Position numbers and translations under genes: made by a program. Positions 40,920 through 51,044 of a DNA stretch of 64,000 nt are shown here, piece after piece. Positions within the stretch are counted from its first letter, which is position 1, and the number at the start of each line of letters is the position of its first letter. The notes beneath the pieces were generated by a model. It had not been told where the DNA came from. It saw only the letters and a list, made by a program, of their open reading frames with translations, and ran no database searches. Origin of the DNA: an uncultured Bacteriovoracaceae bacterium (GTDB taxonomy: Bacteria; Desulfobacterota; Desulfomonilia; UBA1062); contig CAZEMO010000008.1 of NCBI GenBank assembly GCA_964513375.1, positions 85,556 to 149,555 of the forward strand, in the 5' to 3' direction.

Positions 40920-42059
40920 ATGACATTCGAACTTTCAAGCGAACAGACGATGATAAGGCTCATGGCGAGAGACTTCGCCAGGAAAGAACTCGAACCCAAA
41001 GCATCCGATTGGGACAAACAGGGAATATTCCCGATAGACGCCATAAAAAAGATGGGTGAACTCGGGCTTCTTGGCATGATGGTCCCTCCCGAATACGGCG
41101 GTTCTGGGGCCGGTGCAGTTGCATACAGCCTTGCGCTTCAGGAAATAGCCTATTCATGTGCGTCTAGCGCCGTCACCATGTCGGTTGCCAACCTCTCGAC
41201 AGAACCACTATTGAAATTCGGCAGCGAAGAGCAGAAAAGACGATGGCTTACAGGCCTTGCGGAAGGAATCAAGCTCGGCGCATTCGGCCTTACCGAACCC
41301 GGTGCAGGTTCGGACCCGGGCAGCATGTCGACAAAGGCGGAACTCAAAGGCGGCAATTATATCATCAACGGAACCAAGGTGTTTATCACCCACGGTGAGT
41401 ATGCGGACATAATAAACCTTATTGCAAGAACAGGACAGGATAAGGGACCTAAAGGACTTTCAGCGTTCGTCATTACCCCAGATCTGCCGGGCTTCAAAAT
41501 CGGCACAAGGGAAGACAAGCTCGGGCTTAAGGCATCCAATACAGTTGAACTGGTATTTGAGGACTGCATCGTCCCTGCTGCAAACCTGCTAGGCAATCCC
41601 GGCGAAGGCTTCAAGGTCGCCATGAGCGCATTGGACAGTGGACGCGTCGGCATCGCCTCACAGGCGACAGGAATCGCCAGGGCATGTCTTGACGAGGCAA
41701 TTTTATATACAAAAGAAAGACGGCAGTTCGGAAAGGCAATCAACTCGTTCCAGGCCATACAGTTCATGATCGCGGATGCGGCAACAAGGATCGAAGCGGC
41801 TTCATGGCTCACGCTGTCCGCCGCCTACCGCAAGGACAAGGGCCTTAAATTCACGAAAGAGTCATCAATGGCAAAACTTTTTGCATCGGAGACCGCCAAC
41901 AAAACAGCCTACATGGCGCTTCAGGTTCACGGCGGTTACGGATATACAAAAGACTACAAAGTCGAGAGATTATTCAGGGATGCAAGGGCAACAACTATCT
42001 ATGAAGGGACCTCGGAGATTCAGCGCATTGTTATTGCAAGAGAAATGATCAAGGAATAA
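40920..42059 (+). CDS. acyl-CoA dehydrogenase (short/butyryl-chain type)
   Basis: ACAD signatures (GAFGLTEPGAGSD, YEGTSEIQR). Length is 379 aa. Confidence 0.9.
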   Translation: MTFELSSEQTMIRLMARDFARKELEPKASDWDKQGIFPIDAIKKMGELGLLGMMVPPEYGGSGAGAVAYSLALQEIAYSCASSAVTMSVANLSTEPLLKFGSEEQKRRWLTGLAEGIKLGAFGLTEPGAGSDPGSMSTKAELKGGNYIINGTKVFITHGEYADIINLIARTGQDKGPKGLSAFVITPDLPGFKIGTREDKLGLKASNTVELVFEDCIVPAANLLGNPGEGFKVAMSALDSGRVGIASQATGIARACLDEAILYTKERRQFGKAINSFQAIQFMIADAATRIEAASWLTLSAAYRKDKGLKFTKESSMAKLFASETANKTAYMALQVHGGYGYTKDYKVERLFRDARATTIYEGTSEIQRIVIAREMIKE

Positions 42060-42068
42060 CAACGGGTT

Positions 42069-43196
42069 ATGATAAGTAAAAATAATTTTTCAAATAATTA
42101 TAAAACAAATGATTTTATCGCTAAAGTTTTTAGTGCAGGCAATCCGATTATATCTTCAATGGAAGAAAAGCGAGAAAGCAGACGAAGAAGTACAAACAAT
42201 TTACATGACCTCTATGCCAATGTGAAAATTGACAGACATAAGGTCAAGATGCCGGTCCTTGACATTTCAATCGGCGGTATGGGCATTCTGATTTCAGACG
42301 GTTTCTCCTATTTCAAGGAAGGCAAAGAGCTTACCATTGAAACACTGGAGAAAGGCGGAAATGTTATCGCTGCTGATATAACCGGGAAGATTGCCTATCT
42401 GGGACCTGGGGTCCCGTCACGTGCAGGCATTGAATTTTCTCCGCAGGATACCCCTATAGAGGCCTATACAAAACTCAGGAATGTCAACGATAAGAGCATC
42501 CGCGTCATCAAAGGCGAAGATAATATTTTTGAACTCTTCAGCGAGATCAAAAGATGGTCGCGAGGATTCGGTGACATGCTGATGGTGAATAAAAACAAAG
42601 CAATCCCTGCCGAATTTTTCTATCTGAGGCCTGATGATAACAACATGGTTCTCAGGATAGTGAGGATTTCTGAACTGAGGCTTCCATTCGAGCCTGAAGC
42701 CGGAAAGACATATACATTCTACCTCTTCAAGGGAATCAATGTAATGATCTTCACGGTCAAGGTCGTGAATATTATCAAGAATATACTGGAGACCACATGG
42801 CCGGCAGAGGTGAGCTATATAAGCCGGCGCAGCATGGCAAGATACCTGATAACCGGAGACGAGCCACTTACGGCATCTCTCGTACACCCAATCAGTTCAA
42901 AGAAATTTCCGGTTGTTATTTGGGATATAAGCATCGAAGGCATGGGGGCCGAGATTCTCGAAGAAGAAATTCCGGTCATCGACGGCATGAACCTTCCTGA
43001 CATAAAGATAAATCTGCCCAAGGGAGATGTTACTGGAAGGGGAATCATACGTTCGGTAAGGTCTGAAAATGATTTGCAGAATACACAGCTGGGAATTGAA
43101 TTCATAGACAATCCTGACAGCTTCAGGGACAAAATCCTCGAGTTCATACTGGATAAGAATCTTCCTTCAGACGAGATGCTGAAAGGCAAAAACTGA
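42069..43196 (+). CDS. tandem (di-)PilZ domain protein
   Basis: Two PilZ signatures: RESRRR...LDISIGGMG and SRRSMAR...WDISIEGMG. Confidence 0.6.
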   Translation: MISKNNFSNNYKTNDFIAKVFSAGNPIISSMEEKRESRRRSTNNLHDLYANVKIDRHKVKMPVLDISIGGMGILISDGFSYFKEGKELTIETLEKGGNVIAADITGKIAYLGPGVPSRAGIEFSPQDTPIEAYTKLRNVNDKSIRVIKGEDNIFELFSEIKRWSRGFGDMLMVNKNKAIPAEFFYLRPDDNNMVLRIVRISELRLPFEPEAGKTYTFYLFKGINVMIFTVKVVNIIKNILETTWPAEVSYISRRSMARYLITGDEPLTASLVHPISSKKFPVVIWDISIEGMGAEILEEEIPVIDGMNLPDIKINLPKGDVTGRGIIRSVRSENDLQNTQLGIEFIDNPDSFRDKILEFILDKNLPSDEMLKGKN

Positions 43197-43319
43197 TTCC
43201 ATTCGCATTCAATGGCTTTCCGCGCTCAAATGCCCGTAAAAGCTGATAAGCCTTTAAGCTGATGAGCTGTCAGGAAAATCAAGTCCTCTTCTGATTCTGT
43301 TTATCAGCTTGATAGCTCA

Positions 43320-44216
43320 TCATTGCTCGGCTTCAGCGTCCCTGGACATGAATTTTTCTGGCATCATATCTACATGCTGAGGACCCTTTAATGCCTCGCT
43401 TAAATCAATTTCCGTGAATCCCTTGCATGAATAAATTGCTTTGCTCAAACCCGTAATGCCTGTAAGGAAATCCATGACAGCTGGCGGGAAAAGCGCCTTT
43501 ATAACGGGCAGTGCAAATACGGTCAGCGGCTTGGCGACGAGTTTTCTATCCTTCAAAATCCCATTTATTACAGCATCGGCCATTGCTTCAGGCTTAAGCG
43601 CCGGCTGCCAGAAAGGCGTTTTCATGCCCTCGAACATGCCGGTATTGATAATGTATGGACAGACAACGGTTGTCTTGATCTTTGAATTATTATTTCTGAG
43701 TTCGTTTCTGAGGGCTTCATTCAGACCCATTAAAGCAAACTTTGTCGCACTGTAAATACCCATGCCGGGCATCGCCAGCAGGCCGGCTGCTGAAGCTATG
43801 GTTACAAGGTGGCCGTCATTCCTTTTCACCATATCAGGCACAAAGGCTTTTATCATCCAGAGGGTTCCAAGTAAGTTGATCTCTACCTGCCTTAAATGCT
43901 TATCATCCGGAAGTGTCAGAATCTCACCGGTGAATACTATTCCGGCATTGTTTATAAGGATATCAATCTTGCCGGTTTCTTTGAGGATGATTTTTGACGC
44001 CTCATATACCTTTTCCCGATCTGAAATGTCAAAAGCATGAGCATATACTGTCGTTCCTTTCTTCCTGATTTCATCAGCTGTCTTTTCGAGGCCTTCCCTG
44101 TTGACATCGCAAAGGACAAGCGACGCGCCATGTGCGGCTATTTTTTCAGCCATCAGCTTGCCTATTCCATGAGCCGCCCCTGTTATGAGAACTATCTTTT
44201 TTTTGAAATCGGTCAT
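43320..44216 (-). CDS. SDR family oxidoreductase
   Basis: Start MTDFKK after a GGAGG RBS. IVLITGAAHGIGK, NNAG and YSATK motifs. Confidence 0.85.
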   Translation of the reverse strand: MTDFKKKIVLITGAAHGIGKLMAEKIAAHGASLVLCDVNREGLEKTADEIRKKGTTVYAHAFDISDREKVYEASKIILKETGKIDILINNAGIVFTGEILTLPDDKHLRQVEINLLGTLWMIKAFVPDMVKRNDGHLVTIASAAGLLAMPGMGIYSATKFALMGLNEALRNELRNNNSKIKTTVVCPYIINTGMFEGMKTPFWQPALKPEAMADAVINGILKDRKLVAKPLTVFALPVIKALFPPAVMDFLTGITGLSKAIYSCKGFTEIDLSEALKGPQHVDMMPEKFMSRDAEAEQ

Positions 44217-44578
44217 AATAACCTCCAAAAATAAATTGAATTATTTGATTATAATGGTTTTACTGGACATAATCCACATTTTTATTAGAAATAAACCGGG
44301 TACACCCGGTGAAACTATGCTTATAAGCAAATGTCTTTAAAAGCAATATATCTAAATGATTGTTAACCACTTAGGGCACAAAGGACTCGAAGAGAAGCTA
44401 ATAAAATCAGACTATCCCGTGGAATGCAGAAAGCATTCCTCAATCTCAGCCTTTCAAATCGCCAATCTTTCTCCCGGCGATTTGAAAGTGGGTTCTTCGT
44501 GCCCGACGCGATCTTCGTGGTTAATCTTCATTTCAGCGATATGCAGGCAATAAGCCGTGTCATATGCTGGTTTGAGTA

Positions 44579-45406
44579 TCAGATGATTTTGCCTTCGAGC
44601 TTTCTTATGTATGCCACAGCTTGCATTGCAGCGCTGAAATCATCGGGCTCAGGCAACATTTCCATACCGATCGCGTTCGTGCAATCTGCTTCTATGAGCG
44701 CAGCTAGTATCTTCCTGAAATCAATATGGCCAAATCCAGGCGCATGCCTGTTGCTGTCAGCGAAATGAACGAATCCGATGTGTGATTTATATTTAAGGAT
44801 GCTTTCCTCAATCGACTTCTCCTCGATATTCATGTGGAAGACATCAGGAAGGAGCTTCAGATTGTCGCTTCGCACCTCCTCGATAAAACTCACGCCTTCA
44901 TGAAGAGTGTTTATGACATTGGTTTCGTATCTGTTTATGGGCTCAAGCAGAAGAGTAACGCCTTTATCTTCAGCGTGTTTCAGGCATTGACATATGGCCT
45001 GTCTGCCGCTCTGTTCCTGCCTGAGCCTTTCGCGCTCGTCACGGGCTGTTACCTTTCCTCTTACACCCCCGATTATGACCATGGCGCCAAGCCTCGATGC
45101 AAAATCTATATGGGATTTAATCCGGGTAACGGCCATATCTCTCTTGTCCACTTCGGCGCCGTAAAGTGAATATCCGTCGTTGTAATATGTCTGGCCGGTA
45201 GCTATCGTGTAGACCTTCAGATTGAGACTCCCTGTTTCTTCGATTATCCAGTCCTGGTCAAGGGCGTCTGAATCCAGCAGGCTCAGATCCACACCGCTGT
45301 AGCCCAGCCTGCTTACGTTTCTGAAGCCTTCCTCCAGATCGCCGGAAAAGAGCAGAGGGCTGAACGGCGACTTGATCGGAGAAAGACTGACGCTCAAATC
45401 AAACAT
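44579..45406 (-). CDS. sugar phosphate isomerase/epimerase (xylose isomerase-like TIM barrel)
   Basis: Typical length (275 aa) and metal-site residues of AP-endonuclease-2/TIM family proteins. Confidence 0.75.
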   Translation of the reverse strand: MFDLSVSLSPIKSPFSPLLFSGDLEEGFRNVSRLGYSGVDLSLLDSDALDQDWIIEETGSLNLKVYTIATGQTYYNDGYSLYGAEVDKRDMAVTRIKSHIDFASRLGAMVIIGGVRGKVTARDERERLRQEQSGRQAICQCLKHAEDKGVTLLLEPINRYETNVINTLHEGVSFIEEVRSDNLKLLPDVFHMNIEEKSIEESILKYKSHIGFVHFADSNRHAPGFGHIDFRKILAALIEADCTNAIGMEMLPEPDDFSAAMQAVAYIRKLEGKII

Positions 45407-45422
45407 ATATTTTCTGTGCCTG

Positions 45423-46628
45423 CTACTTTGTCATGTCGAAAATCACTTTGAGAGGGTCGCTCTCAAGTGATGTCTCGACAGCCTTCTGAGCATCATCCAG
45501 TTTGAACCTGTGCGTAATGAGCTTTTCAAAAGGATACTCCTTCGAGTACTTCTGCATCATGTTCATGTGCTGATAATAGCCGGTATGGGGATGATTGGTG
45601 TTTCCGATAAGGAGTACGTTTTTAGCCGCAATATCCCTGTGGATGTTTAGCGCCACTTCCCCGCAGTCGACAAAATTCCCGGTCTCTATGTAGGTGCCGC
45701 CCCTTCTGGTCATTTCGAGGCCTTCCTTCACGCATTCCGCGGTCCCGACCACTTCAACGACGACATCCGCACCCCTTCCGTCCGTGAGGTCCTTGATAAT
45801 CTTAATCCTCTCCTCCTTAGTGGTTACGCTTATGTCGATTCCGTAATCCGCGCCGAATTCCTTTGCTATCTCGAGTTTTTTCTTTGACGGGTCTACCAGT
45901 ATTATTTTGCCCGCACCGAGCATCTTCGCCTTTGCTATGTGCATCAGGCCCATTGCCCCGCCGCCCTGGATTACAACGGTGTCGGCAAACCCGAAGCCCC
46001 TTGATTCGATTCTTGAGAACTCCTTGGCCCTGTCAAGCGTCGAGGTCACCACGAATATCTCGGCCATGGCCCCGAATTCATCCGGCATGCCTTCGGGCAC
46101 TTTATAGACCCAGGCCCCTTTCGGAACGTACATGTACTCGGCCCATCCGCCCGCCACATACGGGTGGACGTTGCTCGGATACGACAGTCCGATGGTCGTG
46201 TTCTTTGCGCAGAACGGATAAGCGAATATGTGCCTGCAGTACCAGCAGTTTCTGCATACGACATTCGGGCACATCGTGACCCTGTCCCCGATCTTGAGCT
46301 CGCCGCCGTGATACTCGATCAGATTCTTATCCTCGAGATGCATCTCCACTATCTCGCCCACGTTCTCGTGACCGTGTACCGCCGGATACGCCATCTCCTG
46401 CTCGGCCTCGGTGCCGCCGTATAAGATTCTTTCCTCGCCGCCCCTGTAGGCATGCTTGTCTGTCCCGCATATGCCGGACATGCGCATCTTGAGGATAAGC
46501 GCGCCCCTTTTGAGCTTGGGCCAGGGCAGCTGCTGAACTTCCATCCTGCCGGGCTCGACCATGACAGCCGCTTTTATCGTCTTTCCTTCTACGTAATCCT
46601 TCTCACCATTTATATAAGTCTCCATCAT
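45423..46628 (-). CDS. zinc-dependent alcohol dehydrogenase family protein
   Basis: GICGTDKHAYRGG is the catalytic Zn motif. A Rossmann motif GGGAMG is present. Confidence 0.8.
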   Translation of the reverse strand: MMETYINGEKDYVEGKTIKAAVMVEPGRMEVQQLPWPKLKRGALILKMRMSGICGTDKHAYRGGEERILYGGTEAEQEMAYPAVHGHENVGEIVEMHLEDKNLIEYHGGELKIGDRVTMCPNVVCRNCWYCRHIFAYPFCAKNTTIGLSYPSNVHPYVAGGWAEYMYVPKGAWVYKVPEGMPDEFGAMAEIFVVTSTLDRAKEFSRIESRGFGFADTVVIQGGGAMGLMHIAKAKMLGAGKIILVDPSKKKLEIAKEFGADYGIDISVTTKEERIKIIKDLTDGRGADVVVEVVGTAECVKEGLEMTRRGGTYIETGNFVDCGEVALNIHRDIAAKNVLLIGNTNHPHTGYYQHMNMMQKYSKEYPFEKLITHRFKLDDAQKAVETSLESDPLKVIFDMTK

Positions 46629-46640
46629 TCACTCTCCTAA

Positions 46641-46760
46641 TTTCGCTTTGCATTCAAGATGACACCGAGGAGGCTAGGAAGGAGCGACGCAGGCATACTG
46701 TTAACGTATGTCGAGGAGCATCCTGACGAAGCCGACAAAGGAGCCGCTTGAATGCAATGC
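46641..46760 (-). repeat. MITE-like inverted-repeat element, copy B (inverted relative to copy A)
   Basis: Ends are GCATTCAAG ... CTTGAATGC. The core is about 85 % identical to the reverse complement of 18403-18509. Confidence 0.75.
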
Positions 46761-46767
46761 GGAATAA

Positions 46768-47733
46768 TCATGTTGGGTAGCTTATTGTGTAAATGTGTGC
46801 GCCACCGTTCCTTGGCCCTTTTATGACCGATTCGATTTGCTCTTTAGGCCTCTGCGTCATCTTATCGATCGGGGGAAGCTTTCCAGCCGGGAATTTCGTC
46901 ATGATTTCATTGACGAGGTCTTCCAGATAATCCATTGCCGCTTCCACTCCCGGTTTCGCTTTTTCGGCGGACGCAAGCGTGCTTTTTCCGACAACGCCTT
47001 CAGGCGTGCACAGCAGTTCCATTCCAGTAAGCCCCATATGATCATAAAACCTCATGGGATATCCGTAGGCGAGCCCTGACTTATCAACGATGCCGTCCTT
47101 TATGAACATCTCACCCTTTGTATCGACAGCGTCCTTCATCTTTATCATTTCAGGAAAGAGCGCCAGGGAAAAGGATGTTTCGCATTCGTCAGCATGGACG
47201 AAAGGCGTCTCAAAAGGCCCTCCATGCGCCTTGTCCCTTATGTGCGGCCTTATAGAAAACCACCAGTTGAGATACGCGATCACTGCGGGAACCTGGTATT
47301 TCTTACCGAACTGATGGATAGCCATGGGTATGACATAGTCCTGCGCGTGGCCGTTGATGAATATCTGCTTTCTGAAGCCCGCGTTCCAGAAGCCGGCAAT
47401 CATCGCACGGAGATATGCGGCCAGATCTTCCTCCGGAACCACGATTGTGCCGGGCATTCCCAGATGATTGAACGGATGAGACCCATACCATACCGGCTGG
47501 GCAACGGTGCATCCTGTTGCAAGGGCCACCTGCTCGGCAAGCCTTGTCAAGAGGAACGTGTCCTCGCCTGCGCAGGCCTGAGGGCCATGATTTTCAGTGC
47601 TGCCCACAGGAATGATTATAAGGTCGTTCTTTGTGAGTCTTTCCTCGATTTCCCTGCCGGTCATGTTCTGAAAATATATGCCGCTCGCCAGATCCATATG
47701 GCCGCCATCAGGTGGAATTTTCCATTTTCCCAT
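46768..47733 (-). CDS. creatininase (creatinine amidohydrolase) family protein
   Basis: LIIIPVGSTENHGP is the creatininase family signature. Confidence 0.7.
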   Translation of the reverse strand: MGKWKIPPDGGHMDLASGIYFQNMTGREIEERLTKNDLIIIPVGSTENHGPQACAGEDTFLLTRLAEQVALATGCTVAQPVWYGSHPFNHLGMPGTIVVPEEDLAAYLRAMIAGFWNAGFRKQIFINGHAQDYVIPMAIHQFGKKYQVPAVIAYLNWWFSIRPHIRDKAHGGPFETPFVHADECETSFSLALFPEMIKMKDAVDTKGEMFIKDGIVDKSGLAYGYPMRFYDHMGLTGMELLCTPEGVVGKSTLASAEKAKPGVEAAMDYLEDLVNEIMTKFPAGKLPPIDKMTQRPKEQIESVIKGPRNGGAHIYTISYPT

Positions 47734-47851
47734 TTCGGACCTCCTTGTTCGATTCGATGTATCTCTCAGATTTATCGATATAAATTCAACCTATTATAAT
47801 GTTGCCGTGATCCAATTATCAATAAATTTCTGATTGAAATTTAAAGGCTGA

Positions 47852-49237
47852 CTACCCCCCGCATCGTCTGCCTGCCTGAATATCTTCAACCATTTTTTTG
47901 TGCATTGCCTCATCTATGGGATAGAACAGGATTATGATGATGCCCGCTGCAATGAAAATGCACGGGATGACCGACATAAGCAGCTTTATCCCGAAAAGGG
48001 TTATCGCCTGCTGTTTTATATTCGGAACATACTTGAAGAGATCAAGTCCAAGACCTACCGCGAAGCCGGCGAACGCCGAGGAGAACTTGAACGCGAAATT
48101 GAAGAAGCCGTAGAGTATCCCTTCTCGTCTGAGCCCGGTTTTCCACTGTGAATACTCGACAGTGTCCGGGATCATGGCCCATGGGCAGAGATAGAGAGTG
48201 GACAGGCCTATGCCAGCCACGACAAAAAGGCCGAAGATAAGCCCTCTGTCGGGATTATGGAGAAAGAATAACATGAGCGTCACAATTGCGAGCAGGCCGG
48301 TGCCTGCTGCAAGGACGTTTTTCTTGGCGATCTTTTTTGTCATGTATACCCAGAACGGCATGCATACAAACGCGACCACAAACATGCACATGAACGCAAT
48401 CGGTATGTCGGATTCCCTGCCGAGATTGTATTTAAAGTAGTAGTTGATCATGATCGCAACAAGGTTCAACCCAACCATCTGCAGTATGGTCGAGACTGTG
48501 AGCAGAATGAAAGGGCTGTTCTTCGATACCATCTTCAGGTCCTCCCTGAAGGACTTCTTCTCTTCTGATGGCGGGGCAGCACGCTCCCTAACAGTTGCGA
48601 ATGTTGTAAGAAGGACCAGAACGCATATGCCTCCAAATACGGCGCCTATAAACCTGAAGCCTGTGACCTCGCTTGAAAACATGGCGATGAGAGGTTTTGT
48701 GGCGCCTGCTGTGGCGAGCGTTCCGAGTATGGCGCAAGCCATACGAATGCCGGTAAGAGTCGAGCGTTCGTTGCCGTCCATGGTAATGCTTGCAGTAAGC
48801 GAACCGTAGGGTATGTTAACCACCGAGTAACACGCGGAAAAGAGAAGGAAGGTTATAAGTGCGTAGATCGAACGCCAGAAGATCGGAATCTGAGGGGAAA
48901 GAAATATGAGGAAGAAGGCTAAACCAAGAGGGATTGCCCCGAAAAGGAGAAAAGGCCTGTTTTTGCCCCATCTTGAATGAGTCCTGTCAGTAATGAAGCC
49001 CATGGTCGGGTCGCATACGGCGTTCCAGATCTTGGCTATGAAGAAAATGGTACCCGCTACTGTTGCGCCTATCATGAAGACATCTGTGAAGAAATACACA
49101 AGATAAAGGGTGATGGTCTGAAAGACGATGTTGCATGCGAAATCGCCTATGCCATAGCCGACTTTCATTTTAAGGGGGATTTTTACAGACAGGTTTTCTT
49201 TCAGTTCGTCTGGCGGGTATTGAGTACCCTTTTCCAT
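47852..49237 (-). CDS. MFS transporter, glycoside-pentoside-hexuronide (GPH):cation symporter family
   Basis: Twelve TM helices. The N-terminal GYGIGDFACN...DPTMG pattern resembles MelB/GPH. Confidence 0.75.
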   Translation of the reverse strand: MEKGTQYPPDELKENLSVKIPLKMKVGYGIGDFACNIVFQTITLYLVYFFTDVFMIGATVAGTIFFIAKIWNAVCDPTMGFITDRTHSRWGKNRPFLLFGAIPLGLAFFLIFLSPQIPIFWRSIYALITFLLFSACYSVVNIPYGSLTASITMDGNERSTLTGIRMACAILGTLATAGATKPLIAMFSSEVTGFRFIGAVFGGICVLVLLTTFATVRERAAPPSEEKKSFREDLKMVSKNSPFILLTVSTILQMVGLNLVAIMINYYFKYNLGRESDIPIAFMCMFVVAFVCMPFWVYMTKKIAKKNVLAAGTGLLAIVTLMLFFLHNPDRGLIFGLFVVAGIGLSTLYLCPWAMIPDTVEYSQWKTGLRREGILYGFFNFAFKFSSAFAGFAVGLGLDLFKYVPNIKQQAITLFGIKLLMSVIPCIFIAAGIIIILFYPIDEAMHKKMVEDIQAGRRCGG

Positions 49238-49253
49238 AACTTCCTCCTTACTG

Positions 49254-49805
49254 CTATTTGTTGGTCTCCTTCATGATATAGCGGAAGAGGCAGAAGTCTT
49301 TCCCTGTCTTATGCCGCTGTTCAAGTACAAGTTTTATATCGGGATTGTAGCCTTCAAGGATCGCGTAGTCGGCGTATTTGCAGTAGATGCTCGAATACTC
49401 ATCGAGCCCCCATTCGCAGGCGGCATTATTGAAGGAGCACCCTTTCACGGGTGCAAGGAGATCATTGTTATCTATGTAAGCCTTGACCGGAAAATTGCCG
49501 CCGTCAATATCCGTGTAGATAAGCCAGTTTTTAAAGGACAGCGGTTTGCCCTGTGCAGCTACCTTTTGGGCAATGCGTTTGCCTCGTTCGCGTCCGAAAT
49601 TCTGCACTGCTTCCTTGATCAGTTCTTCACCCTCGACAGGGCCGAGCCTCTTGATGATAACCTTGCACATCGAAGCAAAGAGCTGAGCCGCCAGTCCGAA
49701 CCCGGGTGTCTGATAGCGTTTGCCGATAATCTTTCGTCTGAGCATCACGTCCTTGAGGTACCATAAACTCAATCCTTTTCTCTTCTCTCTCTTTAAATCA
49801 TCCAT
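49254..49805 (-). CDS. hypothetical protein, possibly L-2-amino-thiazoline-4-carboxylate hydrolase-like
   Basis: 183 aa. The C-terminal Cys pattern (GCSFNNAACEWG...CKYAD) is reminiscent of the ATC-hydrolase family. This is a weak call. Confidence 0.35.
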   Translation of the reverse strand: MDDLKREKRKGLSLWYLKDVMLRRKIIGKRYQTPGFGLAAQLFASMCKVIIKRLGPVEGEELIKEAVQNFGRERGKRIAQKVAAQGKPLSFKNWLIYTDIDGGNFPVKAYIDNNDLLAPVKGCSFNNAACEWGLDEYSSIYCKYADYAILEGYNPDIKLVLEQRHKTGKDFCLFRYIMKETNK

Positions 49806-50122
49806 TGGGCCTCTCCTTAGGTGTTCCGTTATAAACGTTTTAAAAACTGTTGCCGTCAGTGAGCATCTCTGTCTGATTCTTTAAGCGATGTTTTACATTG
49901 ATGGGTAAAAAAAGCAGACTCGGTAATATCCCTACTGCGTTTCATATATGACAGTTCGGTTAACTTTAACAAGCCGTTATATGTCCGGAGCATGCAGTAA
50001 TTTGGCAGTTACAATTACTGTGAAAATATTTAGGGCACATTATTTTACGGAAGTTTCCTTGTTTTTGAGGTATTATTAATGCTTGCCGCCCAAAATATAA
50101 AACAAAAAGTGAGAAAAACGAA

Positions 50123-51037
50123 ATGCTGAAACGCATAGCCTATCGATTTATCGGAAGTATTGTTTTGTTTCTGCTCGTATTGAACACCCTTTTCTGTGCT
50201 GTGGTGCTCTTTCCCCTTGCGCTCATTAAATTCATAATACCGATCCCCTGGTGGCGTTTCATCACCGGAAAAGTTCTGATAAGAGTGGCCAGCAACTGGG
50301 TCTTTGTAAATTCCTGTTTTATACATTTATTTTATCCCATTCATTGGAGAATTACCGGAATTGAAAAATTGGAGAAAAACGACTGGTATCTTGTAATATC
50401 GAATCACCAGTCATGGATTGACATAGTGGTTCTCCAGAAAGTTCTCTACGGCAAAATCCCGTTTATCAAATTTTTCCTTAAAAAAGAGCTTATCTGGGTC
50501 CCGGTAATCGGTCTTGCATGGTGGGCTCTGGATTTCCCATTTATGAAGCGTTTCACTAAAGAGGAAATCGAGAAAAACCCCAGGCTCAAAGGCAAGGATA
50601 TTGAGATCACACGCAAGGCATGCGAGAAATTTAAAACCGATTATGTTGCGGTTATGACATTTCCCGAGGGAACCAGGTTCACAAAGGAAAAGCACGACAA
50701 ACAGAATTCTCCGTATAAGCATCTTTTAAAGCCGAAAGCAGGCGGCCTTTCCTTTACGATTTCGGCAATGGGAGACAGATTCAACGGACTGCTGAATATA
50801 ACAATCATATATCCAGACGGGGTCAGGTCCATATGGGAATTTCTCTGCGGTAAGGTAAGGAGAATCGATGTCATTGTAGAAACGCTTCCGATTCCCGAAA
50901 AATTTGCAACAGCGGATATTAACGATGAAGTATTTAAGAGCGAATTTAATGACTGGCTTAACGGGATTTGGCTGAAAAAAGACAACCTGATAGATTCAAA
51001 CCGGGAATCCGACTGGATAACAGTCAACCCGGTTTGA
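50123..51037 (+). CDS. lysophospholipid acyltransferase (PlsC/YihG-like)
   Basis: N-terminal TM helices. The HX4D motif is NHQSWIDI, and FPEGTR is present. Confidence 0.8.
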   Translation: MLKRIAYRFIGSIVLFLLVLNTLFCAVVLFPLALIKFIIPIPWWRFITGKVLIRVASNWVFVNSCFIHLFYPIHWRITGIEKLEKNDWYLVISNHQSWIDIVVLQKVLYGKIPFIKFFLKKELIWVPVIGLAWWALDFPFMKRFTKEEIEKNPRLKGKDIEITRKACEKFKTDYVAVMTFPEGTRFTKEKHDKQNSPYKHLLKPKAGGLSFTISAMGDRFNGLLNITIIYPDGVRSIWEFLCGKVRRIDVIVETLPIPEKFATADINDEVFKSEFNDWLNGIWLKKDNLIDSNRESDWITVNPV

Positions 51038-51044
51038 TATACCG

